Source: Planctomycetota bacterium
GTDB taxonomy: Bacteria > Planctomycetota > UBA11346
Direction: 5' to 3'
Assembly (NCBI GenBank): GCA_041641915.1
Contig: JBEPXK010000001.1
Span: 1 to 26,344, forward strand
DNA: 26,344 bases
In this document: piece by piece, positions 16,101-24,700 of the stretch
Layout: each line of letters starts with the position of its first letter
How positions within the stretch are numbered: position 1 is the first letter of the stretch
Program-made: the position numbers and the translations under genes
The notes under the pieces: model-generated
The model's input: the letters and a program-made list of their open reading frames with translations, nothing else
Told to the model about the DNA's origin: nothing
Databases searched by the model: none

Positions 16101-18928
16101 TGCTGGCACGCACGCTGCGCCCCAGCGTCGATCCCACCGCCGCGGCCGGGCAGACGGCCCAACCCGATCCCGCGCCGGAGGCCGACAGCGACGAGGAGCA
16201 ACCGGAGGCGAGCGACGGGCCGGCCGTGGCCGATCTGCCCGCGACCGCCGATAAAGACGCCATCCCGCTGGTGCTGGCCGAGCGCGCTGCTGCCCCTGCG
16301 GCCCTGGCGGTCGCCCAGGACTTCTTCCAGATCTGCCGCGCGCGGCTGGAGCGGCTGCAGCGCTTCGGGATCAACCCAGAGAGCCTGTGGGCGCTGCACG
16401 CCAAGGCCCAGTCCGAGCTCGACGAGGCCAAGCGGCTGCTCAAGGCCGGCGACGTCCAAGGCGCCGAAGGCGCAGCCGAGGCCGCCTGGTCGCTTGAGAA
16501 CCGGGTCTATCCCGCCCTGCTGGCAACCGCCAACGACGTGGTCTACGGCCTGGTGGTGATGCTGATTCTGGCCATCCCTTTCAGCATGATCTGCGAACGC
16601 CTGTTCGTCAGCGGCAACACCATTTTCACCAAGGTCGCGGGCTTCGGCGCCTTCTTCGTTGCCACCTTCCTGTTCTTCTTCTTCTTCCATCCCGCCTTCA
16701 GCCTGGCGGTGACGCCGATCATCATCTTCCTCGCCTTCGTGATCATCGTGATGAGCGTATTGGTGATCGGGATCATCTACCGCCAGTTCGAGGCCAGCAT
16801 GACCCAGATGCGCATGCAGGGGCTGGGCATGCACCGGGCCGACGTCAACCGTCTGGGCACCCTGCTGGCCACCGGTCAACTCGGCATCAGCAACATGCGC
16901 CGGCGTCCGTTGCGCACCTTCCTCACCGCAACCACCGTGGTGCTGATGACCTTCATCCTGCTGACCTTCGCCGGTTTCGGCAGCAAGGCTGGGATCCGCC
17001 AGCAGGACCTCGAGGTCGCGCCGGCCTACAACGGCATTTTCCTCTCGCAGCCCGGCTGGCTGCCCTTCGCCGAGAACAGCGTGGATCGCACCGTCAACAC
17101 CTGGGACCGCGACCTGCACGTCTTCCCCCGGCGATGGCTGATGGCCGGCGTCGACGTCCCCCGCTTCGATATCAACCACCCCGAGGGCGACGAACCGACC
17201 TCGCTCATGGGTGTGGTCGGCGTCGATCCCGGCGACCCCTCGGGCGCCGAACGCTCCGCCCTGCGCGTGTGGTTCGAAGACGGCGAACGTCACACCGCCA
17301 CCGGTTTCGCGAGCGACGAGGACTGGATCTTCCTGCCCCAGCGCCTGATCGACAACTCGGGCTATCGCGAGGGCGATAGCATCCCCTTCCAGGGCCAGCG
17401 CCTGCGCCTCGGCGTGCTGCAACAGACTGGCGACGATGCTTTCACCAAAGTCACCCATCTCGACGGCAGCCCCTTCACCCCGCTGGCGCCCGAGGCGATG
17501 GACGAGGAACAGCGCAAGCACTTCCAGGAGATGAAGAAGCAGGCGGCCGAAGGCGGCGAGGTGGTGGTCGAATCAACTTCGCTGACCCACCTCGATGCCG
17601 ATCAGGTCGCCCTGACCTCCAATGCGGTGCTCGCGCGACTGGGAGCCGAAATCCGTTCGATCGCGATGGTGCCGTGGACGGATGCAGCCCGCCAACAGCA
17701 GCGCGATCCCGAGCGACATCTGCCCGCCGAGCTCGCCGATCTCGACGAACTCGGCGCCGAGGTCACCAATCAGCTCGCACTCAGCGTCCTGCTCGGCAAC
17801 AAGGGCAAGACGCATCGGATGACCGCGGTCGGCCAGCTGGCCATCGGCGGTCTGGCCGACGTGCTCATCCCGCTGATTCTCGGCGGCATGATCATCTATT
17901 CGACCATGCTCGGATCGGTGGCCGAACGTGGGAAGGAGATCTTCATCTACTCCTCGCTCGGTCTGGCTCCGATCCATATCGCGGCGCTGTTCCTGGTCGA
18001 GGCGACCATCTACGCGGTGATCGGTGGCATGGGCGGATACATCGTCGCGCAGATGCTCATCGCCTTGCTCGGCTTCCTCGCCGATGTCGGGCTGCTCGCG
18101 ACCCAGCCCGACATCAACTATTCGAGCTTCACCGCGGTGATCACCATCCTGCTGGTCATGGCCACGGTCCTGCTCTCAGCGCTCTACCCGGCCTTCGTCG
18201 CCTCGCGGGCGGCCAATCCCGGCACCGAGCGCCGCTTCCGCGTTCCGCAACCCGACGGTGACGACCTCGACATCGAATTCCCGTTCACCGTCGCCGCGCG
18301 CGATATCCGCGGTCTGCTCGCCTACCTGAAGACCTTCATGGATGCCAACACCGAAGCCTCGACCGGCTGCTTCACCGCCGCCGATGCCGAGATGGTCGCC
18401 GATGGCGACATCTTCGCCGTGCTGGCCAGGACCTGGCTGGCGCCGTTCGATCTCGGCATCAGCCAGACCTTCCGCATGACCGCCAAGCCGACGGACATGA
18501 AGGCCATCTACAGTATCCACATCTCGCTGCATCTGCTCTCCGGCCAGCGCAGTGCCTGGCGTCGGGTGACCATCCCCTTCATCCAGGAGCTGCGGCAGCA
18601 GTTCCTGGTCTGGCGGACCCTCGATGAGCAGACCACCGATCGCTACCGCGCCGCCGGTGGCGACCCCGATGCCGCGCAGCGGGTGGCCGAACATGAGCGC
18701 GAGGCCGCAGTCCAACGGGTCCAGGCCGAGAAGGACATGAAACACCACCATCGCCGCGGCGGGCCGGAAACCAAACCGGCCGCAGACGACGCGGAACAGC
18801 CCGAAGACAAGCCGGCAGCACACAAGGTCGAAGGGGTCGCCGACACCGACGACGCGGCGCCTCCACAAGCAGCGCCACCCCCCGAGGAGGTCGAAGGTGA
18901 TGAGCAGCGCAAAGGAGGGCGGTCATGA
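13175..18928 (+). CDS. 1917-aa fusion: signal peptide, degenerate M28 peptidase/PA-like region, extra TMs, MacB/FtsX permease, C-terminal cytoplasmic domain
   Basis: Sec signal MRHIRHLPRLCCLLLVATAATA. M28-like scaffold around AVLASGYE, NAALLLELGR, ILLVFHGG, IGFDLTDG, GTPQDT. MacB TM1 ISNMRRRPLRTFLTATTVVL; FtsX YSTMLGSVAERGKEIFIYSSLGL...FLVEATIYAVIGG. Confidence 0.85.
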   Translation: MRHIRHLPRLCCLLLVATAATAVEPALSPDLERVRAHAEALLAIPDRSMGSPGADAAADLIRERLDALGLEADRIREARTTVTVPVDHGSSLRVAAEGGETIIQLAPHVPNGAALNTTGGEPITGPLVILGRGDAAALRAHGKDLPGSIVVLDGDSGDAWLDCAEMGALAVIFRKSERIDHHQLTQQFVTASLSFPRFVGEIDDALQGAEATLTSTVTMERRNVRTLCALIEGEIGQHTAVLASGYEAAGLIPGHDPAATRAWNAALLLELGRQFAEHPPRNNILLVFHGGRAEHFRGLRMLLASLNDPALSQNENTTAIEAKRLALDIWRTEQVRRAFTAFLDQTDEASPETITIAKLEELLRAINEDTLEPFLEEDEPQATTATIPEADAKQVRRGVVNRILAVFFTAGLMLVFFIRWRTGRPGWFLLTAIAIGGGLVIYQLVAPVEPETIVTEVAEERKQVEDLGLAFLSEEAGRRADQEQPVVERLRLYTKLTEKQKVSAENRLQRLLLQEELEALRGEALPSDRERLVKLTADLGDHIQLMRDVQQKLGKMELNDREAAVVRPMILDLLGDSDEADTIIGSHLRTLRLRHRDLQDALAIQEMVGPGRTALLIGFDLTDGNCAFSAAVLGSIAAAAKKLTWIGNECQRVAHDLDTDHLDGALAFDPSPYGQHHGSPTAWWPQFYAHEAGVANLYLNALTLSTVNDKRAKIGTPQDTAAAFDTGTGEGPGYFARQTRGLTALVRDLVENTNYTSKRLDLVKKGLAWKTVEMQTESRGSATGLKGFPFGELHVQEGPALGYFPDVRPVQIFWTDAFGKVTVPWLPNQLNEPNPGTWALLPFAHDSVGRLTHVLTVGKQKTAGLNAQGFDVKGSLRDMLTQVFACQTSQLYNLTNPRSMMPLNEVRVLSSSRDAPPDASYFESDGQVAAVFATKGTRLRIIARQGSVGREYLLLGDHEQGDEFLGLRPGGPLNSVLARTLRPSVDPTAAAGQTAQPDPAPEADSDEEQPEASDGPAVADLPATADKDAIPLVLAERAAAPAALAVAQDFFQICRARLERLQRFGINPESLWALHAKAQSELDEAKRLLKAGDVQGAEGAAEAAWSLENRVYPALLATANDVVYGLVVMLILAIPFSMICERLFVSGNTIFTKVAGFGAFFVATFLFFFFFHPAFSLAVTPIIIFLAFVIIVMSVLVIGIIYRQFEASMTQMRMQGLGMHRADVNRLGTLLATGQLGISNMRRRPLRTFLTATTVVLMTFILLTFAGFGSKAGIRQQDLEVAPAYNGIFLSQPGWLPFAENSVDRTVNTWDRDLHVFPRRWLMAGVDVPRFDINHPEGDEPTSLMGVVGVDPGDPSGAERSALRVWFEDGERHTATGFASDEDWIFLPQRLIDNSGYREGDSIPFQGQRLRLGVLQQTGDDAFTKVTHLDGSPFTPLAPEAMDEEQRKHFQEMKKQAAEGGEVVVESTSLTHLDADQVALTSNAVLARLGAEIRSIAMVPWTDAARQQQRDPERHLPAELADLDELGAEVTNQLALSVLLGNKGKTHRMTAVGQLAIGGLADVLIPLILGGMIIYSTMLGSVAERGKEIFIYSSLGLAPIHIAALFLVEATIYAVIGGMGGYIVAQMLIALLGFLADVGLLATQPDINYSSFTAVITILLVMATVLLSALYPAFVASRAANPGTERRFRVPQPDGDDLDIEFPFTVAARDIRGLLAYLKTFMDANTEASTGCFTAADAEMVADGDIFAVLARTWLAPFDLGISQTFRMTAKPTDMKAIYSIHISLHLLSGQRSAWRRVTIPFIQELRQQFLVWRTLDEQTTDRYRAAGGDPDAAQRVAEHEREAAVQRVQAEKDMKHHHRRGGPETKPAADDAEQPEDKPAAHKVEGVADTDDAAPPQAAPPPEEVEGDEQRKGGRS

Positions 18929-20922
18929 GCAAGGCCCTCGCTGATAAGGAACTCAACCAATATCGCGACCTCATCCAGCCACCGGGCTATTTCGAGGAGG
19001 GCTTCACCTGGCGCACATTGCTGGGCACCGTCTTCGTCGGCGTGGTCATGCTGCCGGCGGCGATGTACATGCACCTGATGATCGGCAGCATCAGCCTGGC
19101 CCCCGCGGCCAAGTGGGTGACGGTCATCCTGTTCCTCGAGATCGCCAAGCGCGCCCGCAGCTTCCTCAAGCCGGCCGAGCTGCTGGTGTTGATGAGCCTG
19201 ATCACTGCCTTTGTCGGCACCACGCCGATCGAGGGTTTCTTCTGGAAACAGTACGTCGTCCAAAGCGATGCGGCCCGATCATTCGGGCTTGAAGGCTTGT
19301 TCCCAGACTGGTACGCGCCGACGAGCGAAGAGGTGCTCGATCGGCGGTCGTTCTTCCAGGCGGAATGGGTGTTGCCGATCGTGCTGATCTTCCTGCAGCA
19401 GGCGATCGGACGCGCCGACAGTCTGATCCTCGGTTACGGCTTGTTCCGCCTTACCAGCGACGTGGAGAAGCTCCCCTTCCCCATGGCCCCCCTCCAGGCT
19501 TCGGGCATCCTCGCACTCTCCGAGGACACCACCGCCAAGGATGGCTGGCGCTGGCGCTGCTTCTCGATCAGCGCCTCGATCGGTATGATCTTCGGCCTGC
19601 TCTACATCGCCATTCCCACGATCACCAGCACCTTCCTCGATGAACCGTTCCAGATATTCCCCATCCCCTGGTTGGATACGACCCAGGCGACCCAGGAGGT
19701 GTTGCCGGCGACGGCCACGGGCATCAGTTTCGATCTGAGCAACTTCTTCTTCGGCATGGCCTTCCCGTTCTTCGCCGTGCTCGGCAGCTTCATCGGGCTG
19801 CTGGTGACCTTCATCGCCAACCCCGCGCTGCACGACGCCGGCATCCTGCATACTTGGAAGCCGGGCATGAGCACAGTCGAAACCATGTTCGCCGACAACA
19901 TGGACTTCTACCTCTCCTTCGGTATCGGCCTCTCGGCGGCGGTGGCGGTGATCGGCTTGGCCCAGACCTTCGGCAAGGTGCGCAAGGCCAAGGCACGCGG
20001 GCCGACCCTCGACGTGGCCGAGAAGCCGAAGGTGACCAAGGTCCAGGGCGTCTCGCGCGGGGACATCCGCACCGTGACCATTCTCCTCGCCTACCTCGTC
20101 TCCTGCAGCGCCTACATCGTGATCAGTGGCGTGTTGCTCGACTGGGATTTCGGCGGTGGCGGCGCCCTGCTCTGGGTCCTGCTGTTCTTCGCCTTCATCT
20201 ACGTCCCCTTCATCAGCTACACCACCGCCCGTCTCGAAGGCCTCGCCGGCCAGGTCATCGCGCTACCGATGGTCAAGGAGGCGGCGTTCATCCTCTCCGG
20301 CTATCAGGGCATCCAGTGCTGGCTGCTACCGATCAGCTGGCACCACAACTACGGCATCGACACGGTGCAATACCGCGTTGCCGAACTGGTCGGCTGTTCC
20401 TTCCGTTCGATCTGGAAGGCCAAGGCGGTGCTGTTGCCGACGGTGTTCCTGTTCTCGCTGATCTACGGTCAGTTCATCTGGAGCCTCGGCCCGATTCCCA
20501 GCGCCAAGTACCCCTTCGCCCAGGAGATGTGGGATCTGCACGCCCGCAACCAGATCCTGATCTGGACCTCGACCATGGGCGGCTACAGCCCCTTCATGGA
20601 CGCCATCAACGGCTTCTACATCGCCGCTGGCGGCGTCATGGGGTTGGTGGTCTACACCACCCTGTCCGCCTTCGGCCTGCCGATGCTGCTGCTCTACGGC
20701 ACGGTCAAGGGACTGGGGCAGACGCTGCCGCAGATGGTGGTGACCCAGATGCTCGGTGCGCTGTTCGGGCGCTTCGTCATGGCCAAGAAGTTCGGCCCCG
20801 ACCGCTGGCGTCAGTACGCCATCGTCCTCTCGGCCGGCTTCGGCTGCGGCACCGGACTGATCATGATGTTCTCCACCGGCGTGCGTTTCCTCGCGTCCGC
20901 CGTCTACCAGAAACCGTTCTGA
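18925..20922 (+). CDS. OPT/YSL-like multi-TM putative peptide transporter
   Basis: ATGA overlap. Many TM segments; FEEGFTWRTLLGTVFVGVVMLPAAMY and EKLPFPMAP recall OPT-superfamily patterns (FTxRA..., LPFP). Confidence 0.7.
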   Translation: MSKALADKELNQYRDLIQPPGYFEEGFTWRTLLGTVFVGVVMLPAAMYMHLMIGSISLAPAAKWVTVILFLEIAKRARSFLKPAELLVLMSLITAFVGTTPIEGFFWKQYVVQSDAARSFGLEGLFPDWYAPTSEEVLDRRSFFQAEWVLPIVLIFLQQAIGRADSLILGYGLFRLTSDVEKLPFPMAPLQASGILALSEDTTAKDGWRWRCFSISASIGMIFGLLYIAIPTITSTFLDEPFQIFPIPWLDTTQATQEVLPATATGISFDLSNFFFGMAFPFFAVLGSFIGLLVTFIANPALHDAGILHTWKPGMSTVETMFADNMDFYLSFGIGLSAAVAVIGLAQTFGKVRKAKARGPTLDVAEKPKVTKVQGVSRGDIRTVTILLAYLVSCSAYIVISGVLLDWDFGGGGALLWVLLFFAFIYVPFISYTTARLEGLAGQVIALPMVKEAAFILSGYQGIQCWLLPISWHHNYGIDTVQYRVAELVGCSFRSIWKAKAVLLPTVFLFSLIYGQFIWSLGPIPSAKYPFAQEMWDLHARNQILIWTSTMGGYSPFMDAINGFYIAAGGVMGLVVYTTLSAFGLPMLLLYGTVKGLGQTLPQMVVTQMLGALFGRFVMAKKFGPDRWRQYAIVLSAGFGCGTGLIMMFSTGVRFLASAVYQKPF

Positions 20923-20943
20923 GTCCAGCAGGGATCGATTGAC

Positions 20944-21756
20944 ATGACCGAAGACACCCACGACCCGCAGGCGATCTACCAGACCTACTGGGACCCGGAG
21001 CACGTTTCCGACCACGGCGACTATGCTCGGGGCAAGGAAGTCATCGTCCGCGCCCGCGATGTGAAGAAAATCTACAAGGCGGAGACCGACAACCCGGTGC
21101 ACGCCCTGCGCGGGATCACGATGGAGATCTACACCGGCGAATACCTCGCCATCATGGGTCCCTCCGGCTCGGGCAAGTCGACCTTCTTCAATGCCATCGG
21201 CGGTCTGGACAAGCCCACCTCCGGGCAGGTCTACATCGACGAGGTCGACATCGCCCAGCTCGACCCCAAAGAGCTGGCCTGGCTGCGGTGCCGCAAAATC
21301 GGCTACATCTTCCAGAGCTACAACCTGATCACGGTGATGACGGCGATGGAAAACATCATGTTGCCGATGACCTTCGCCGCGACCCCCGCCGACGAGGCAC
21401 GCGAGAAGGCTTTCGAGCTCTGCCGCCTGGTCGGCATCGACCACCGCGCCGACAACAAGCCGGCCGAACTCTCCGGTGGTCAGCAGCAGCGCGTGGCCAT
21501 CGCCCGCGCGTTGGCCAACGACCCGGCTATCATCCTCGCCGACGAGCCGACCGCTAACCTCGACTTCCGCACCGGCAAGGAGATCATCGAGCTGATGGTC
21601 AAGCTCAAGCAGGAGAAAGGCGTGACCGTGATCTCCGCGACCCACGACCACGAGATGCTCGCCATTTCCGATCGGATCATGTGGATCCGCGACGGTCAGG
21701 TCGATCGGGTCGAGTTGCAGAAGGACCTCAAGATCCAGAAGGGCAGCATCGAGTAG
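20944..21756 (+). CDS. ABC ATPase, LolD/MacB/FtsE type
   Basis: Walker A GPSGSGKST, Q-loop GYIFQSYNL, signature LSGGQQQRVAIARAL, Walker B ILADEPT, H-loop SATHD. Confidence 0.95.
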   Translation: MTEDTHDPQAIYQTYWDPEHVSDHGDYARGKEVIVRARDVKKIYKAETDNPVHALRGITMEIYTGEYLAIMGPSGSGKSTFFNAIGGLDKPTSGQVYIDEVDIAQLDPKELAWLRCRKIGYIFQSYNLITVMTAMENIMLPMTFAATPADEAREKAFELCRLVGIDHRADNKPAELSGGQQQRVAIARALANDPAIILADEPTANLDFRTGKEIIELMVKLKQEKGVTVISATHDHEMLAISDRIMWIRDGQVDRVELQKDLKIQKGSIE

Positions 21757-21777
21757 CCGCCCCGCCCGGGCAAAAGC

Positions 21778-24700
21778 TCAGCGCTGGCGGCGCCGTTTGC
21801 GCCAGGACTCGAGCGCCGGGTCGGGGGTCCATTTCCCGACCTGGAGCCGTCCGAACTGCTCGAGTGCCGGGCGCTGCGGGTCGAGCTGCTGCCAGCGGCT
21901 GACGAACACCGGTTCGGCCCGGTGGTAGCGGATCAGATCGAAGGGAACGGTCGTCCCCTCCGCCGGTCGCTCGTCGAAGCCGAGCGCGCGCCACGGCACG
22001 CTCCACTCCATCACCCAACCCGCGGCATCGCGGCCGCAGGCCACGCGCACATCGGCCAGGGTGAAATCCGGATCCTCGCCACGCAGGTCCGTCACCACCC
22101 CCGCGGCGTTGACCACCAGCCGGACGGCTGCCGCCACCCCCTGTGGCTGCCACCGCACCTCCACCGCGTCGTCCTGCCATACCGCGCCGTCGCGGGTATC
22201 CACCGTGCAGCTCGGCACCTCACCGCCGACCACCGGGCAACGGACCACCCCGTAGAGCCGCTGTGCGTCGGCCACCAGAGTGGCCCAGGCATCGACCGGG
22301 GGGTGGGTATAGTCATCGCGGTCGAGCAGGCCCCAGGCGTCGTAGGCGCGAAAGCGGTGTTCGTGGCGCCACACGGCATCATCGTCGCGCCCGTCAATGA
22401 CCGGCGCGGTGGCGTCCGCGGCGATGGCGGCGCAGTTGACCCGGCGCAGCTTGCGCACCAGCTGGAGCGATTCCTCCAGGCGCCGCTCCAGCTTGTGCCG
22501 CAGCCACTGCCCCGGCGAGAACCGCCGCCGCGCCAGTTGTGTCGCCTCCGCCAGCAGCCCGAGCATCTGCGCGAGATGGCCGCGCCGCCACTCGAGATCG
22601 GCGAGCATGCTCAGCGCCAGGATCCGGGGCGGATGATCGTCGCCAGTGCGGGTGTGGATGCGCTGCTCGAGTTCACGCAATTCCTCCACCGCCTGTTCGA
22701 GCTCTCGCGTCTGGCCGACACACTGCGCGCGGTAGGCCCGCGCGACGAGCACCTCGTGATGGTCGGGGCCGAGGGTGCGACTACCGCGATCGATCGCGGT
22801 ATCGAATGCCGCCACCGCCGCGTCCAACCGGCCGCGCCCGTAGTGCACCTTACCGGCACGCACCAGACATTCGATCGTCAGCGGATGTCCTGCCCCAAGC
22901 ATGCGTTCGCAACGTACACGCGTCTCGTTCACCAGGTCGAGCGCCGCGTCGTCGTCGAGCACGGCCGCGAGCGCGATGGCGCAATCGATGGCGATGCGAT
23001 GATCCGGCCCCAGCTGTTGCAGACTCGCGGTCCGCACCGCGCGCAGCTCCTTTTCGGCCCGGGCGAACGCGCCGCGCCAATAATAGGCCCGCCCGCGCAG
23101 GACCCGGGCCGCGAGCAACATCACATCCTGTTCCCCGGCGTGGGCCGCCTGTTCGCGACAGAAGCCCTCAAGCTCCTCGAGCACCAGGGCGTGTTCGCCG
23201 GCCTCGTGCAGATGCTCGATCGCACGCAGGCGACAGTCCATGGTCTGCGGATGATGCGGCCCAAGTTCGCGCTCGCACAAGGCCCGCGCCTCGCGGTGGA
23301 CCGCCGCGGCGCGCTTGCGCTGCCCGGTCAGATAGAGCCAGCGCCCACGCAACAGGTCGATCGCCACCCGCTCATCGAACGGCAGATCCGCCACGGCCGC
23401 TGCGGCTTCATGCAGCTGCGCCAGCGCGGGGCCGGCCTGGACCAGGCGACCGGCTTCGATCGCCGTCTGGACCAGAAGACGGCGGGTGGTGATGACCTCG
23501 CCCTGCGCCGGTCCCAGGCGCGCCAGCTGTTCGACCAACACCGCCGCCAGCAGTTCTTCGGCCTCGCGCAGGTGGAACTGCTGGAGTTTCAACGCGCCGA
23601 GGCGCTGACGCACCAGCAGATCGAAAGCCCCGCTGCCGGCGCTATCCGCCGCCAGAGCACGTTCGAGATGCTCCTGCGCCTGCTCGAAGCGACTGAGCGC
23701 GGCGAAGGTGCTGCCCAGGGTGAGGTGCAGCTGCTGCTGGAGCTCAGGGCTGTGCGCCACCGTGCGTTGCGCCCGCGCCGAAGCGGCTTCGAGCACCTCG
23801 AGCACGCTGACATCCAGACCCATCCGCGCCGGATCGGCCGATTCGAGCATGTCCTGCAGGAAGGCGTTGATCACCTTGACGTTCGCGCTTTCGGTCCGGG
23901 CCACCGCCTCGGCCACGGCGGCCTTGTCGCGCTGGGCCCGGGCCTCGTCGCGCGCGGCGAGCGCCAACGCGCGTTCGTGCTGGATACGGAAAAACGCCAC
24001 CGCCACCACCACGCATACCGCGGCGGCGAGAATCGCCGCCGCTCGGGTCATCAGCCGCAACCGCCGCGCATGGATCTCGCGCTGGCGCAATGCCGCACCG
24101 ACCTCGGCCCGGAAATCCGCCTGGTCCTCACCCTCTTCGTTCAGCAGGCTCTGCGCCAGCTCAAGGTCGCCGTGGGTGAAGGCGCTACGTGCGTACGCCA
24201 CCCGCAACACGGACATGCCCGCGCGCGCACGCTGGTTCTCCTGCCACAGCGCCACCGCCTCCTCGTAGGCGAACAGCGCCCGGGCATAGTCCTCGTAGCG
24301 CCCGTCGGAGCGGGCGGTCTTCGCATGCGCTTCGGCCTCGTCGGTGAGCACCAGGCTCTCCGCGTGGGCCTGGTAATCGCGAATCGCGGCCGCGAAGGCC
24401 CGGGCGTCGGCATAGCGGTCCGCCGGATCCGTGGCCATCGCGCGGTAGGCGATCCGTATCAGTTCGCCATCGGCGTCCACCGGCACGATCGCGTTGCTCG
24501 CGGCTTTGGCCAGACACTCCATCACCGACGAGCCCCGATGCGGCCGCTGCCCGGTGACGATCTCGAACAGGATCGCCCCGAGCAGGTAGACATCGCTGCG
24601 TACCCCGATGCGGGCGATATCGGCCTGGGCCATTTCGGGGGCCATATAGGCCGGGGTTCCGCCGGTGACGTTCTTTTGCGTCAACGCCACCGCCTTGGGG

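Noticed and set aside
16673-16687. (TTC)5 microsatellite encoding FFFFF
   Set aside because: In-frame trinucleotide repeat inside a TM helix; slippage would not switch phase.
21757-21777. Possible terminator between the convergent ATPase and kinase genes
   Set aside because: Only a 4-bp stem, and the A-run lies on the wrong side to serve as a U-tract for either strand.
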